64,000 nt of DNA from positions 13,419-77,418 of the forward strand of contig JAMLIA010000004.1 of the NCBI GenBank assembly GCA_023954495.1. The letters are read 5' to 3'. The translations under genes were made by a program, and so were the position numbers. The notes under the pieces were generated by a model, which was given only the letters and a program-made list of their open reading frames with translations, did not search any database and was not told the origin of the DNA. Numbering within the stretch: the first letter of the stretch is position 1; each line of letters begins with the position of its first letter. The stretch comes from Thermomicrobiales bacterium (lineage in GTDB: Bacteria; Chloroflexota; Chloroflexia; Thermomicrobiales; CFX8). Of the stretch, positions 49,797-60,908 are shown piece by piece.

Positions 49797-52442
49797 CTAC
49801 CAGGCGGTCTCGTCATCATCGTCCTGCCGGCTTGAGTTCCACGGCACCAAACGACTGAAGAAGTGCTTGACGAGCAGACCGCGCAAACGCGCCCACGCCT
49901 GGCGACCACGCAGGAAGTCGGTTTGCGGCACCTCGCGACCGCTATAGGTCGCCCGCGAATAGAGATCGGCGAGATACGATGCCGGCCCACGACTGCCCGG
50001 TACTTCTTCGGCTATTGTCGCCGCAAGCTCCCTCGGTGTCATTGATGCCTGCGTCCGCACGCCGCCCCAGTCAGCTCCGCGGATTGCCTTCGCGTAAAGC
50101 TGTTCAGCTGGCGACAGTCCGCGCATGCCGCGCAGCCAGAAGAATGCAGCGACGAGCGCTGCCAGCAGCAGGCCAACGATTCCGCCGCGGATCGCCCACT
50201 CAAGCCGCGTGACCGGCTCGTCGCGCTGCACAGTCCCGACACCCGATCCTGTTGGTAGCTGGTTCTGCTCCTGTAGGAACTCGCTGTCATCCGGGAGCAT
50301 GCCGCCAACGCCGCCAGATTCACGGTCGATTGGACCGGCAGCAGTGTTTGGCGCTGGAGCCGGTTCGCGGTTGAAAGCCGAGCGCGCTGCAGTTGGCTCG
50401 AACGGCACCCAGCCGTAACCGTCGAGGTAGACCTCCGGCCATGCGTGCGCGTTGCGTTCGCGGTAGAGGAACCCACCGGCATCCTTGTCACGATCTGCCG
50501 GGAAGAAGCCGGTGACCATGCGCGTCGGCAGTCCCATCTCGCGCGCCATCACGACAAACGCGGAGGCGTAATACTCGCAATAGCCCTTGTGAGAATCGAA
50601 CAGCACATAGTCGACGACATCCTGATCGGCCGGTGGCACCGCGACGTCCTCGCTGTATTCGATCGAGTTGCGTAGGTACGTCTCAATCGTCTTCGCCATG
50701 TCGTACGGGTTCGTGGCTCCGGCAGTGACCTCGTGGGCCAGATCGCGCGTTCGCTGCGTGACGGTGTCAGGAAGCTGCAAGTAGCGATCGCGAACTTCCT
50801 GCGGCGCTGCACCGGATGCCAGCCGCAAGTCCTCCGACTTGGCGTCTGTCTCAAGCGCATCGACCTTGTACGACTCGCCTGTTGCCAATCCATCGCGGGC
50901 ATAGACCGCCTCAACTTCGGTAAGGTCCGGGAACTCGCCAGCGTATGTCAGGGTTGTCGCGCGATACGTGTCGTAGTTGACGGTGTACTCGAACGTGATG
51001 CCGCGTTCTGCGAGCGCCTGTCGCTCCGCAACAATGTCTTCTGACTCTGGACGTAGTCGCGGCGGAACATCTACCTCTGGCGTCGCAGTGGCCGTCGGTT
51101 CGGCCTCCGGCGTCTCCTGCTCTTCCGCCGTCGCAGTTGGCTCTGCGACATCCTCGGGCGTGAAGTCGTATTCCTGCAAGAGTGTCGCAATGCGCTCCAT
51201 TTCGCGCGGCACAGTTGGAAGCGTTTCCCCGCTCAGATCAACCTGAACGCCTGTTACCGTCGTCCACGGCACGACAAGGTTCGCTCCAACATCAGCGCTC
51301 AGGAAGGTCTCCGGCGCGAAGATCAGGCTGCCGCGTGGTCGTTCGACACGAATCGTGTAACTGGTCTTCTCACGCGTTTCGAGCGCCTGATCACCGACAT
51401 CGACCGCTTCACCGGCCTGCAGCATGACCTGCGATGGGATTTCGCGAAGCTGTCCGTTCTCATCGCGGTCCTGCGTGACGTCCGACAGCCAACCGCGACC
51501 GGTATAGACTGCGTAGCGATGGGCCGCCAGGTACGGTGCGGTCGACTCGCCCGTGACCAGGACAACAGGCGTGTCGCTCAATCGCAGCGAACCTCCTAGT
51601 TCGAAGCTATCGGCGAAGCTTGCGAATCCGCCGACGCCGCCTGCGCCCGGACCTCGCAGTCCAGCGAACCAGCTATTGAACCGCTGCTCAACCGAGCGCC
51701 ACGGACCGTCGACAGAGAGCCAGGCATCGTGCGCGCGACCGCTCTGGACGCTGCCGGGGAATATCCAGCCGAACATCAACACGAACATGGCCAGATAGGT
51801 CGCCGCCCACATCGCTTTCCAGCCGATGGAATCCGGGTAGTCAATGCGCATTCGTCGCCAGCGTGTCTCGCGCTCCAGCATGCGGAAGCGCACGAGCAGC
51901 AGAAGCGCAAAGAACAGGTAGAAGACGACGAGGCCCGTTGGCACTCGGTGGCTATAACCAAGATTGATGAACAGCAATATGCCCGGGAAGATGAGCGCTG
52001 GCCAGACCCAGCGCGCGCGGAACACGAACCAGACAGAGCTGTAGGCCAGCATGAGCGTCGTGATCGAGATGAACAGGACGAACAGATACAGATCGTCCGT
52101 CTGCTGACCGCCTGCGATCTGATCGATCCAGCGTCCGCCACGATCCGCCAGCCACGAGAGCTTGTCGCTGCGGCTACCGATCCGATCGTCCAGATATTCC
52201 GTCATCTGAAACAGGACGACCCCGGCACCGCCGACCATGGCAATGAGATGCGCGACCCAGCCGGGGATGCGTCGTTGTTTTGCAACGATCAATCCAGCAA
52301 CCAGACCATAAATCATGATGCGATTCAAAATCTGGAGTCCATCGGCCCAGTCGGCCTGACGGATCGACCAAATGGCGACAAAGACGACCAGCGACGTCAG
52401 AATGAACGTCGACCAGCCCTCACGGAGTGCAAGTCGATTCAC
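49797..52442 (-). CDS. TgpA-like membrane transglutaminase (N-terminal polytopic domain, transglutaminase core, C-terminal TM/DUF4129-like region)
   Basis: KGYCEYYASAFVVMAREMGLPTR...NAHAWPEVYLDGYGWVPFEPT is the Cys-His-Asp/Glu transglutaminase core. About 6 N-terminal TM helices. Confidence 0.8.
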   Translation of the reverse strand: MNRLALREGWSTFILTSLVVFVAIWSIRQADWADGLQILNRIMIYGLVAGLIVAKQRRIPGWVAHLIAMVGGAGVVLFQMTEYLDDRIGSRSDKLSWLADRGGRWIDQIAGGQQTDDLYLFVLFISITTLMLAYSSVWFVFRARWVWPALIFPGILLFINLGYSHRVPTGLVVFYLFFALLLLVRFRMLERETRWRRMRIDYPDSIGWKAMWAATYLAMFVLMFGWIFPGSVQSGRAHDAWLSVDGPWRSVEQRFNSWFAGLRGPGAGGVGGFASFADSFELGGSLRLSDTPVVLVTGESTAPYLAAHRYAVYTGRGWLSDVTQDRDENGQLREIPSQVMLQAGEAVDVGDQALETREKTSYTIRVERPRGSLIFAPETFLSADVGANLVVPWTTVTGVQVDLSGETLPTVPREMERIATLLQEYDFTPEDVAEPTATAEEQETPEAEPTATATPEVDVPPRLRPESEDIVAERQALAERGITFEYTVNYDTYRATTLTYAGEFPDLTEVEAVYARDGLATGESYKVDALETDAKSEDLRLASGAAPQEVRDRYLQLPDTVTQRTRDLAHEVTAGATNPYDMAKTIETYLRNSIEYSEDVAVPPADQDVVDYVLFDSHKGYCEYYASAFVVMAREMGLPTRMVTGFFPADRDKDAGGFLYRERNAHAWPEVYLDGYGWVPFEPTAARSAFNREPAPAPNTAAGPIDRESGGVGGMLPDDSEFLQEQNQLPTGSGVGTVQRDEPVTRLEWAIRGGIVGLLLAALVAAFFWLRGMRGLSPAEQLYAKAIRGADWGGVRTQASMTPRELAATIAEEVPGSRGPASYLADLYSRATYSGREVPQTDFLRGRQAWARLRGLLVKHFFSRLVPWNSSRQDDDDETAW

Positions 52443-53662
52443 GTGGTTATCCCCCGCACCTCGGAACGATCAAGTCGGATGCCCGGCAATTCCAGCGATT
52501 GACGAGGTTCCTGCAATAGCTGCTGGATGGGCTGTTGCGCTTCCTGGCCAAGCTTGCGTGCTGCAATGATCGTCCAGGCTATGCAGCCGGTAAGCACCAT
52601 CGCCAGCAACGCGACGATCAGCAGGATGCCCAGGATTGTCGCGACCGGAGGATCGTTGGCGCTTTCAATAGATGCTGACATCAGCATCGCCGATACGGTC
52701 AAGCCGTTCCAGGCACCATGGACGAGAATTGCTGCGATCAAATACGGCACGACGCGAAACCCGCCAGCGCTCCGCTGCCGGTGCCAACCATAACCAGCTA
52801 ACGACGATGCAGTTACGTGAATGAACGCGACCGGCGCGCGAACAAGCAGTAACCACGGCCAGGCACTTCCTGCCGCGAGCGCATATCCCAACGTCTCAAT
52901 GACGGAGAATCCGAGTCCGACGCAGGCACCGGTGACGAACCCCGAATAGCCTGTTGTCACCCTGTTGCGCTGGACGAAGACGACGCCGAGGAGCTTGGTG
53001 AACTCCTCAGTGAGTGGCGCGACGATCGCATACATCGCTGAAACGCCGAGCGCGACCGTCAGCGTTTGCAGCATGCCGGACCCGAGGTCCTCAATCCCGC
53101 CCGTCCCCGAGAGCCGATCCACCAGCGAACGGGGCAGCGACGTATCGACGAGCGCGAGCCCGCCGAGCACCGCGAAAACGGCCATGACGGCGAACGCAAG
53201 CTGAAGAATGAGCGCCATGCCGGTGGCCGCGAACATACCCCAGACTGTCGCTTGCGCCACCTCACGACGGTCCACCGCCTGCGATCTCGGCCAACGTGTG
53301 ACGAGTCGCGCGATCGCGCAGAACAGCCCGGTGAGCGCAGTGACGGCAGCAAACGGCTCGGCGACCGGCAGCCAGTCCCAATGCGCGGCGGCAAGTCCCG
53401 CCATCGCAGCTACCACCAGGGCAGTCAGCCCAACCCAGACTGGAGGAAAGCGGACGGGGTTCAGTCCTGAACGCAAACGGCTGAACACGAGCAGCAGCGC
53501 GGCGATCAGACAGGCAGTGCCAAAGCCCGCTGCGGCTGCAACATCTCGTACTTCGGTATCGTCCGGCGTTGAGAAGTCGACGCGAAACGCATACATCGTC
53601 AACAATCCAAGCCCGGCAATGACAAGGACGAGAATAGGAATATAGCGAGCCAACCGGCTCAC
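52439..53662 (-). CDS. PrsW-family intramembrane protease-like protein
   Basis: Polytopic. PLTEEFTKLLG (EExxK) plus the His-containing helices AFIHVTASS and LVHGAWNGL. Confidence 0.55.
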   Translation of the reverse strand: MSRLARYIPILVLVIAGLGLLTMYAFRVDFSTPDDTEVRDVAAAAGFGTACLIAALLLVFSRLRSGLNPVRFPPVWVGLTALVVAAMAGLAAAHWDWLPVAEPFAAVTALTGLFCAIARLVTRWPRSQAVDRREVAQATVWGMFAATGMALILQLAFAVMAVFAVLGGLALVDTSLPRSLVDRLSGTGGIEDLGSGMLQTLTVALGVSAMYAIVAPLTEEFTKLLGVVFVQRNRVTTGYSGFVTGACVGLGFSVIETLGYALAAGSAWPWLLLVRAPVAFIHVTASSLAGYGWHRQRSAGGFRVVPYLIAAILVHGAWNGLTVSAMLMSASIESANDPPVATILGILLIVALLAMVLTGCIAWTIIAARKLGQEAQQPIQQLLQEPRQSLELPGIRLDRSEVRGITT

Positions 53663-54930
53663 ACGCGGGGTGCCTTTCCACCGGGGGTGATCGAATGTGT
53701 AGCCAGCGCGCGACTGATGTCATCGCCGTACTTGACCAGATAGGTCGGCACACCGATTGACGCCAGCGTGCTGACGACGAACAGGCTCGATTCCCCCGCT
53801 CCGAACGTCGTCGGCTCGATGATGACGGCGACGCATTGCACGCGGCGACTCACGATCTCAATGACTGACTGGACCCAGTCCTCATTCGTCGAGGGCGTCA
53901 CAAAGATAACGGTGCTGTTACGCGAGAACTGGCCACCCTCGGCCAGGATGAGCTCTCCGAATGGCATATCGCCATCGGCGCGGATGACTGCCAACTGCTC
54001 CAGAATCTTGATCATCTGGCGACCACCGCGGTCGGTTGGGATCACAACGTTCTGACGCGACGACGCCAGCAGGCCAACAGCCCGATTCTGCGACAGGAAA
54101 TGATGCGCCAACGACGCACCAACGGTGACGGCGTACTCCTCGGTCGAATCGAGCCAGAACGAGAGTGGCACGTCATCGCCGCTCAACGATGGCAACGCGC
54201 CCAGACCAGACGCGCCCGCGTGAACGCTGGATTGCAGATCTACCGCGATCCAGATGTCGGCCGTCGGGTCGAGCTCAAATTCCTTGACCATCAGTTTCCC
54301 GGTACGGGCTGTCGCAGTCCAGGAAATTCGGTTGAAGGCATCGCCGGGGAAATACTCCCGCACGCCGGATGCGTTCGGGGTGACGAAGGGCGTCCTGCGC
54401 TGAATCGCGGAGCCGCCGGGAAGCTCGCCGACCGGCAACGCAAATGCGCTCAGATCAACCGTCGCAGGATAGACCAGGAGCTCATGCGTGTCGGGGATGA
54501 ACATCTGGCTTGGGAACAGACCGAACGGATCGCCGCTGCGTATGGTCAACGGCCCGATGCGGAATCGTCCGCGACGCGAGCAGATCGTCTCGACGCGCCA
54601 GCGACGTCCATCGTTTGGCCCCAGGTTCAGCACGCGCGACACCTGATGGCCCGGCAAGTCGGAGTGGTCGGTGATCTCGACCCAGAGCTTGGCCAGCTTG
54701 CTGGAGTTCTGCACCCGAATACGCTCGAGCAGCGGCTGCCCGACCTGGGCCCTGTCCGCCTTCGTCTCGCGCGTCAGCGTGATCCCGCGCAGGCTGAATC
54801 GCCCCCAGAGCCAGGCAACGACGAGCAGACCAACAAGGGCGAAGAAGACCTTATCGAGGATGCTCCACTGATTCAGCTGGCCGAAAGCAAAGACGACGAC
54901 GGCCAGAATGATGAGCTTTAGCGCGTTCAT
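53659..54930 (-). CDS. DUF58 domain protein (MoxR-associated, VWA-like)
   Basis: [29 protein letters not shown] is the DUF58 signature. Two N-terminal TM helices. It overlaps the moxR stop. Confidence 0.8.
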   Translation of the reverse strand: MNALKLIILAVVVFAFGQLNQWSILDKVFFALVGLLVVAWLWGRFSLRGITLTRETKADRAQVGQPLLERIRVQNSSKLAKLWVEITDHSDLPGHQVSRVLNLGPNDGRRWRVETICSRRGRFRIGPLTIRSGDPFGLFPSQMFIPDTHELLVYPATVDLSAFALPVGELPGGSAIQRRTPFVTPNASGVREYFPGDAFNRISWTATARTGKLMVKEFELDPTADIWIAVDLQSSVHAGASGLGALPSLSGDDVPLSFWLDSTEEYAVTVGASLAHHFLSQNRAVGLLASSRQNVVIPTDRGGRQMIKILEQLAVIRADGDMPFGELILAEGGQFSRNSTVIFVTPSTNEDWVQSVIEIVSRRVQCVAVIIEPTTFGAGESSLFVVSTLASIGVPTYLVKYGDDISRALATHSITPGGKAPRV

Positions 54931-55928
54931 TGTGCGTTCCGACGCGCGCGCCAGCCTCCGCTCGTTGCCTGCGCCTGCGGCGCCGACACGCGCGCGCCGG
55001 GAACCGCCACGACCGACAGCAGATCCTGAACAATGTCGCGGGAGTCGATCCCCTTCATACGGGCGGCCGGACTGACGATGATGCGATGGGCGAGCGTCGG
55101 GACTGCCAGGTCCTTCACATCGTCCGGCGTGACAAAGTCGCGACCCTGCAACGCCGCCCAGGCGCGCGATGCGGTGTAGAGCGCCAGCGAGCCGCGTGGG
55201 CTCGCGCCGAGATAGATGTCGTCGTGCTCGCGCGTCGCCAGCACCAGGTCGACAATGTACTCCTGTATGAGCGGGTCAACGTGTACTTCGCGAATCTCGG
55301 TCTGCGCCTGCTTAAGGACGTCGGCGGTGACGACCTGCTGCAGCGAATCCAGCGGATGCGCGAGACGCTGCCGCGTCAGGACGTCGATCTCGCTGGAGCG
55401 CCCCGGGTAGCCAAGCGACAACCGAACGAGGAATCGGTCGAGCTGCGCTTCGGGCAGTGGGAACGTTCCTTCGTATTCGATCGGGTTCTCAGTCGCCATG
55501 ACGACGAACGGCTCCGGCAGAGGATGCGTCACGCCATCGACGGTGATCTGCGCCTCTTCCATCGCCTCAAGGAGCGCCGACTGTGTCTTCGGCGTGGCGC
55601 GGTTGATTTCGTCGGCGAGGACGATCTGCGCCACGATCGGACCAGGCCGGTACTCAAACGAGCCCAGTTGCTGATTGAAAATGCTGACGCCGGTTACATC
55701 ACTTGGGAGCAGGTCCGGGGTGAACTGGATGCGCTTGAAGGTGCATCCGATGCTGCGGGCGATAGCCTTTGCCATGACAGTCTTGCCGACGCCCGGTACG
55801 TCCTCAATGAGGACATGCCCACGACTTAGCAACGCGACGAGGACGAGTTGGACCTCGCGCCCCTTGCCGACGATGACTTTTTCTACGTTCTCCCTGACAC
55901 CGGTGGAAATCTGTTCGACGAACTCCAT
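54927..55928 (-). CDS. MoxR-family AAA+ ATPase
   Basis: [14 protein letters not shown] (Walker A), VLADEINRA (Walker B) and [22 protein letters not shown]. Confidence 0.9.
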   Translation of the reverse strand: MEFVEQISTGVRENVEKVIVGKGREVQLVLVALLSRGHVLIEDVPGVGKTVMAKAIARSIGCTFKRIQFTPDLLPSDVTGVSIFNQQLGSFEYRPGPIVAQIVLADEINRATPKTQSALLEAMEEAQITVDGVTHPLPEPFVVMATENPIEYEGTFPLPEAQLDRFLVRLSLGYPGRSSEIDVLTRQRLAHPLDSLQQVVTADVLKQAQTEIREVHVDPLIQEYIVDLVLATREHDDIYLGASPRGSLALYTASRAWAALQGRDFVTPDDVKDLAVPTLAHRIIVSPAARMKGIDSRDIVQDLLSVVAVPGARVSAPQAQATSGGWRARRNAQ

Positions 55929-56263
55929 CGTTGTCCCTTCTCGCGGTGCCGAGTATCAAAAAACTGGCAGCGGGCTGCACGTGCGACGCTGTGCCAGATC
56001 GGTGAGGTCTTCGGGGTTGCAGTAATCCTCTGGAAGATGACTAGGGGTGAAGGACACTCCTTTGTGTGGCTGACGGCTACGCTGGCGCGAGTGTCGACAT
56101 GAGTAGTATAGCAACGCTCGTTTGAGTTATGTACAGGCGGTCCTTGCCGTGCACAAGCCAAACATACATTGAAATACGCCTCACCGGCCCGAATGGTTCG
56201 CCGCGCTCCGAGTTCCGGGGTGTACGTATAATCGGAGAACGATTGGCACGAGAGGAGCCGGAC

Positions 56264-59023
56264 TTGGCAGCGAGCGCGAAAACGTCTTCACCCAGCGGGA
56301 AGCGGCTGATACTCGTCGATGGGTACGGGCTGGCATTCCGCGCCTTCCATGCCCTGCCGATGACGCTAACCGCACCGGATGGTGAGCTGACGAACGCGAC
56401 CTATGGGTTCACTGCCATGTTGCTGGACACGTTGCGATCGCACGAGCCAGATTACGTGATTATCACCTTTGATATCGGCAAGTCCTTTCGTCACGACGAG
56501 TTTGAAGACTACAAAGCCCATCGCGCACCGATGCCCGACGAGATGCGCGGTCAATTGGCTCGAATCCGTGAAGTCATCAACGCACTCGACATACCGATTT
56601 ACGAAGTCGATGGCTTCGAGGCCGATGATGTGATCGGCACGCTGGCCCGTCAGGCGAACGAATCGGGCGTCGACGCGCTGTTGCTTACGGGCGACAGCGA
56701 CCTCCTCCAGCTCGTCAACGACCATACGACAGTAGTCCTCCCCGGCGCGCAACGGTTCGGTGAATATCGCGTCTTCGACCGCGACGCGGTCGTCGAGCGC
56801 TACGGCTTTGGCCCAGAACGCCTGACCGAGTTCAAAGCGCTTGTCGGTGATAAGTCCGATAACATCCCGGGCGTTCCGGGAATCGGCGAAAAGACAGCGA
56901 AGACTCTCATCGCAACCTACCCATCCATGGAGGAGATTCTCGCCAACATCGACAACATCAGCCCGCCAAGGGCGCGCAATTCGCTGGCGCAGAATGCGGA
57001 ACTGGCGTTGCAATGTCGGCGACTGGCGACCATCGTACGCGACGTACCGATTGAGCTGGATATTGAACGCGGCGCTATCAACGATTTCGATCGTGATGCC
57101 GTGCTTGAGCTGTTCCGCACGCTCGGCTTCCGCTCCCTGATGGCACGCGTACCTGAGTCACATCGCGAGCCGACCCCGACGGTAGACGCCGTACCAGCCG
57201 GCCAGATTGCCGTGCCCGCTGTGGCTGCCTCACGAACTGAGCTTGAGGCATTGGCTGCCGAGATTCGCGCCGCAACTGAGATCTCTGTTGACGTCGAGAC
57301 GGATTCGACACATCCGGTCATGGCGAATCTTGTTGGAATTGCGGTGGCCACCGCAACCGATCAAGCCTGGTATGTACCGCTCGCGTCGCCTGACGGAATT
57401 GCAGCCTCGCTCGACGATATACAGGCGACGATCGGGCCGGCCATCGCCGAACACAGCCGTGTCGTCACCCATCACGGCAAGTTTGACCTGACCGTCATGG
57501 TGCAGGCCGGGCTGCCCGATTTCGCCATCGAGTTTGACACGATGCTCGCCGCGTACCTGCTCGGCGAGTCTGGTGTTGGACTCAAAGATCTGGCGTTCCG
57601 TCACCTCGGTTGGGAGATGACCGAGATCACCTCGCTGATCGGCACGGGTCGTAACCAGACGACGATGGACAAGGTGCCGCTCGCCGACGTCGTGCCGTAT
57701 GCAGGCGCCGATGTTGAGAGCACCATGCGCCTGCGCCCCATCCTTGAGGAAGAGCTGATTGCTCGAGAACAGATGCCGCTCCTGAACGACATCGAGTTAC
57801 CGCTCGTGCCGGTGCTGGTTGAAATGGAACGCAACGGCATCGCCGTCGATGTCGCTGTCCTGGAAGACCTCTCGGAGAGTATGGCGACGCAGATTGAGCA
57901 TCTCGAAGAGCGGATTTACGCGCTCGTCGGGCACGAGTTCAATCTGGGCTCGACGCGCCAGATGGCAACAGTGCTGTTTGAAGAACTCGGTCTGCCATCG
58001 GGGCGACGGACGAAGACGGGATTCTCAGTCGGGCAGGAAGTTCTCGAAGGCTTGCGCGGCGCACACGAGGTCATCGACCTCATCCTTGAACACCGAACGG
58101 TCAGGAAGATCAAGTCGACGTACGTTGATGCGCTGCCGTTGCAGGTGAATCCAAAGACTGGCCGCGTCCACACGACGTTTAATCAAACGATCGCCGCAAC
58201 TGGACGGTTGTCGTCGACCGATCCTAACCTGCAGAACATTCCCGTGCGCTCGCCGCTCGGGCGTGAAGTGCGTCGCGCCTTTGTTGCTGCCAACTCTCCT
58301 GAAGAACGCCTGTTTGATGAGCCTTCGGTGCTCTTCTCGACCGATTACTCGCAGGTCGAGCTGCGCATCATGGCGCACTTCAGTCAGGACAAAGCGCTCC
58401 TGGAAGCGTTCAACAACGGGCTCGACGTCCACAAAGCCACGGCTGCGCAAGTGTTCAACGTACCCATCGACGAGGTCACGTCGGACATGCGCGCAACGGC
58501 CAAGACGGTGAATTTCGGCATCATGTACGGAATGCAGGCGTACGGACTGTCGCGCGATACCGGCATGTCCCGACAGGAAGCGACACAGTTTATCGAGCGC
58601 TACATGGGTCAATTCGACGGCGTCCGCGCCTACCTTGCTCAAACGATCGTCGAAGCGCAACAGGTTGGCTATGTCTCCTCGCTCTATGGTCGGCGGCGCT
58701 ACGTGCCGGACATCGCCGGAGGAGGCCCGCGACGGATGGCGGCAGAGCGAGCGGCGATCAACATGCCGTTGCAAGCAACTGCGGCAGACATCATGAAGAT
58801 TGCGATGATCAATGTCGCGAAAGAGCTGACGGAGTCCCGGCTACGCGCGCGGATGATCCTGCAGGTGCATGACGAGCTGTTGTTTGAGACTCCGGAATCG
58901 GAAGTCGAAGCATTGCGCGAGCTCGTGTCGCGAACAATGCGCGACGCAGCATCACTCTCAGTGCCGCTGGAAGTCGAGTCGTCGATCGGGCCAAACTGGG
59001 GCGATATGGTCGATCTGGAATAG
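56264..59023 (+). CDS. polA: DNA polymerase I
   Basis: 5'-nuclease LILVDGYGLAFRAFHA; 3'-5' exonuclease-like SVDVETDS; polymerase motifs DYSQVELRIMAH, RATAKTVNFGIMYG and QVHDELLFE. Start at TTG 56264, 6 nt after GAGAGGAG. The ATG at 56129 would add 45 non-homologous residues. Confidence 0.95.
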   Translation: MAASAKTSSPSGKRLILVDGYGLAFRAFHALPMTLTAPDGELTNATYGFTAMLLDTLRSHEPDYVIITFDIGKSFRHDEFEDYKAHRAPMPDEMRGQLARIREVINALDIPIYEVDGFEADDVIGTLARQANESGVDALLLTGDSDLLQLVNDHTTVVLPGAQRFGEYRVFDRDAVVERYGFGPERLTEFKALVGDKSDNIPGVPGIGEKTAKTLIATYPSMEEILANIDNISPPRARNSLAQNAELALQCRRLATIVRDVPIELDIERGAINDFDRDAVLELFRTLGFRSLMARVPESHREPTPTVDAVPAGQIAVPAVAASRTELEALAAEIRAATEISVDVETDSTHPVMANLVGIAVATATDQAWYVPLASPDGIAASLDDIQATIGPAIAEHSRVVTHHGKFDLTVMVQAGLPDFAIEFDTMLAAYLLGESGVGLKDLAFRHLGWEMTEITSLIGTGRNQTTMDKVPLADVVPYAGADVESTMRLRPILEEELIAREQMPLLNDIELPLVPVLVEMERNGIAVDVAVLEDLSESMATQIEHLEERIYALVGHEFNLGSTRQMATVLFEELGLPSGRRTKTGFSVGQEVLEGLRGAHEVIDLILEHRTVRKIKSTYVDALPLQVNPKTGRVHTTFNQTIAATGRLSSTDPNLQNIPVRSPLGREVRRAFVAANSPEERLFDEPSVLFSTDYSQVELRIMAHFSQDKALLEAFNNGLDVHKATAAQVFNVPIDEVTSDMRATAKTVNFGIMYGMQAYGLSRDTGMSRQEATQFIERYMGQFDGVRAYLAQTIVEAQQVGYVSSLYGRRRYVPDIAGGGPRRMAAERAAINMPLQATAADIMKIAMINVAKELTESRLRARMILQVHDELLFETPESEVEALRELVSRTMRDAASLSVPLEVESSIGPNWGDMVDLE

Positions 59024-59048
59024 ACGTGGGTGTATCGTAGGTTATAAT
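59021..59048 (+). promoter_or_regulatory. promoter candidate for the zinc-ribbon gene
   Basis: TAGACG, 16 nt, TATAAT (59043-59048), about 55 nt upstream of ATG 59102. Confidence 0.4.
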
Positions 59049-59101
59049 GGGATGTCAGCCGTGAAGCGCGCGGCACAGGGACAGAAGGACTACTGGTAAT
59101 C

Positions 59102-59398
59102 ATGCCCACCTATGACTATCTATGCGATTCGTGCGGTCACCGCTTTGATCTTCGCCAGAGCTTTTCAGACGACCCGATTCGAGACGGTCCGGTCTGTGGA
59201 TCGAGCGTGCGGCGCGTCGTGTATCCCGCCGGAGTGATCTTCAAGGGCTCCGGCTGGTACATCAACGATAGCCGCAATGGCGCTCCCTCTACTAGCCCGT
59301 CAAAGTCGAGCTCGGAGTCGTCTTCTACAACGTCAACAACAACGTCGACGACGACATCCGAAGCGAAAGAGGCCGTCAAGAGTTCCACGGATTCCTGA
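59102..59398 (+). CDS. FmdB-family zinc-ribbon protein with a Ser/Thr-rich tail
   Basis: [23 protein letters not shown]...CGSS...GSGWY fits the FmdB/CxxC-x-CxxC family. The tail is [19 protein letters not shown]. Confidence 0.8.
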   Translation: MPTYDYLCDSCGHRFDLRQSFSDDPIRDGPVCGSSVRRVVYPAGVIFKGSGWYINDSRNGAPSTSPSKSSSESSSTTSTTTSTTTSEAKEAVKSSTDS

Positions 59399-59450
59399 TC
59401 AGGAACAAACGGCCCGCCGGCAAGCCGGTACGAAGCCAGACTCGACACCA

Positions 59451-59490
59451 CGGGGGAGGGCACAGCAACGCCACCCCCGTTCTGTTTGTC
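59451..59490 (+). terminator. terminator candidate after the zinc-ribbon gene
   Basis: GGGGGAGG...CCACCCCC imperfect stem followed by GTTCTGTTTGT. Confidence 0.45.
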
Positions 59491-59523
59491 CAAAGCGATG
59501 TCGCCAGAAAGGCACTTAGCATC

Positions 59524-60908
59524 ATGGCACTGATGGTCTACAACACGATGACGCAGTCCAAAGAACCCTTTGAAACAGTCGAGCCAGGCATCGTCAGCAT
59601 GTATGTCTGCGGACCGACTGTGTACTCTGACGCGCACATCGGCCACGCGATGTCAGCCCTGACGTTCGACATCATCCGGCGTTATCTGGAGTGGAACGGT
59701 TACGAAGTCCGCCACGCACAGAACTTCACGGACGTCGACGACAAGATCATCAACCGCGCTGCGGAGCTTGGCATCGAGCCCGAAGCGCTCTCGGAGCAGC
59801 TCATTCAGGACTGGCTCGACGAAACAGCGGCGATGAACGTGCTACCGGCGACGGTCTACCCGCGTGCGACGCAGGAGATCGACGGCATTATCAGGATGAT
59901 CCAGGATCTGATCGACAGCGGCCACGCCTACGTCGTCGAAGGCGGCGACGTGAACTACCGCGTGACCAGCTTCGATGGCTACGGCAAGCTCAGCCATCGC
60001 AACCTCGACGAGATGCAAGCCGGCGCACGCATCGAAATTGATCCGCGCAAAGAGAACCCGATGGACTTCGCCCTCTGGAAGGCAGCCAAGCCCGGTGAAC
60101 CGGCCTGGAAGAGCCCGTGGGGTGAAGGTCGGCCCGGCTGGCACATCGAGTGCTCCGTTATGGCAATGGAACATCTCGGCAACACGATCGACATCCACGG
60201 TGGCGGATCGGATCTCATCTTCCCCATCACGAGAACGAGATCGCCCAATCCGAGGCGGCCAGCGGTCATCGTTACGTTAATTTCTGGATGCATAACGGCT
60301 TCGTCCAGGTGAACGAAGAAAAAATGTCCAAATCGTTGGGCAATTTTTTTACCGTGCGCGAGGTATTGCAACGCTACCAACCGGAGGTGGTGAGGCTGTT
60401 CATTCTGGCGAGTCACTACCGGGGTCCGCTGAACTACGCCGACGAAAATCTGGACCATGCCAAGGCTTCGCTCAACCGCTTGTACACGGCGTTGCGTGGT
60501 TTGCCGATCCTGGACGTTTCAATCGACGAGGGCTGGCGCGCCCGGTTCGAACAGGCCATGGACGACGACTTCAATACGCCCGAGGCGCTGGGGGTCCTGT
60601 TCGAGTTGGCCCGTGAAATCAATCGTCTGCGAGACGAGAATGAGATGGTGGCGGCAGAACGGGCGAGCAGTTTACGGCAAGCCAAGCTCGTTCAGCTCGC
60701 GGGTGTGCTCGGCTTGCGGCTCGGTGCAAACACCTCCTCTGGGACAGGCGATGCAGCGCCGTTCATTGATCTCCTGATCTCAATCCGGGATGAGTTGCGG
60801 GCAGCGAAACAGTGGACGCTGTCCGATCGGATTCGTGATGAGCTAGCAGAACGAGGGATCATCGTTGAGGACTCGGCCGACGGAGCGACCTGGCGGCGCA
60901 AGGACTGA
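59524..60908 (+). pseudogene. cysS: cysteine--tRNA ligase with its reading frame interrupted near 60222-60225 (true pseudogene or 1-nt sequence error)
   Basis: The first frame carries [14 protein letters not shown] (HIGH) up to GGGSDLIFP. The continuation [10 protein letters not shown]...KMSKSLGNFF is in the -1 frame. The junction is TTCCCCATCAC, where TTC CCC CAT CAC is expected. Confidence 0.9.

Noticed and set aside
56129-56263. ATG 56129 as the polA start
   Set aside because: The added 45 residues have no polymerase I counterpart. A strong GAGAGGAG SD precedes the in-frame TTG at 56264, just before the conserved 5'-nuclease N-terminus.
55929-56263. Structured RNA or small gene in the 335-nt divergent moxR/polA intergenic region (contains a TATAAT at 56227-56232 and several AT-rich patches)
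   Set aside because: I could not recognise any known RNA family or a convincing hairpin set or ORF. The region is most simply two divergent promoter regions. It is left unannotated.
60215-60232. Programmed -1 ribosomal frameshift in cysS
   Set aside because: There is no X XXY YYZ slippery heptamer and no obvious downstream stimulatory structure. Two neighbouring genes are also broken, with different kinds of lesion, so sequence error or decay is more likely than recoding.
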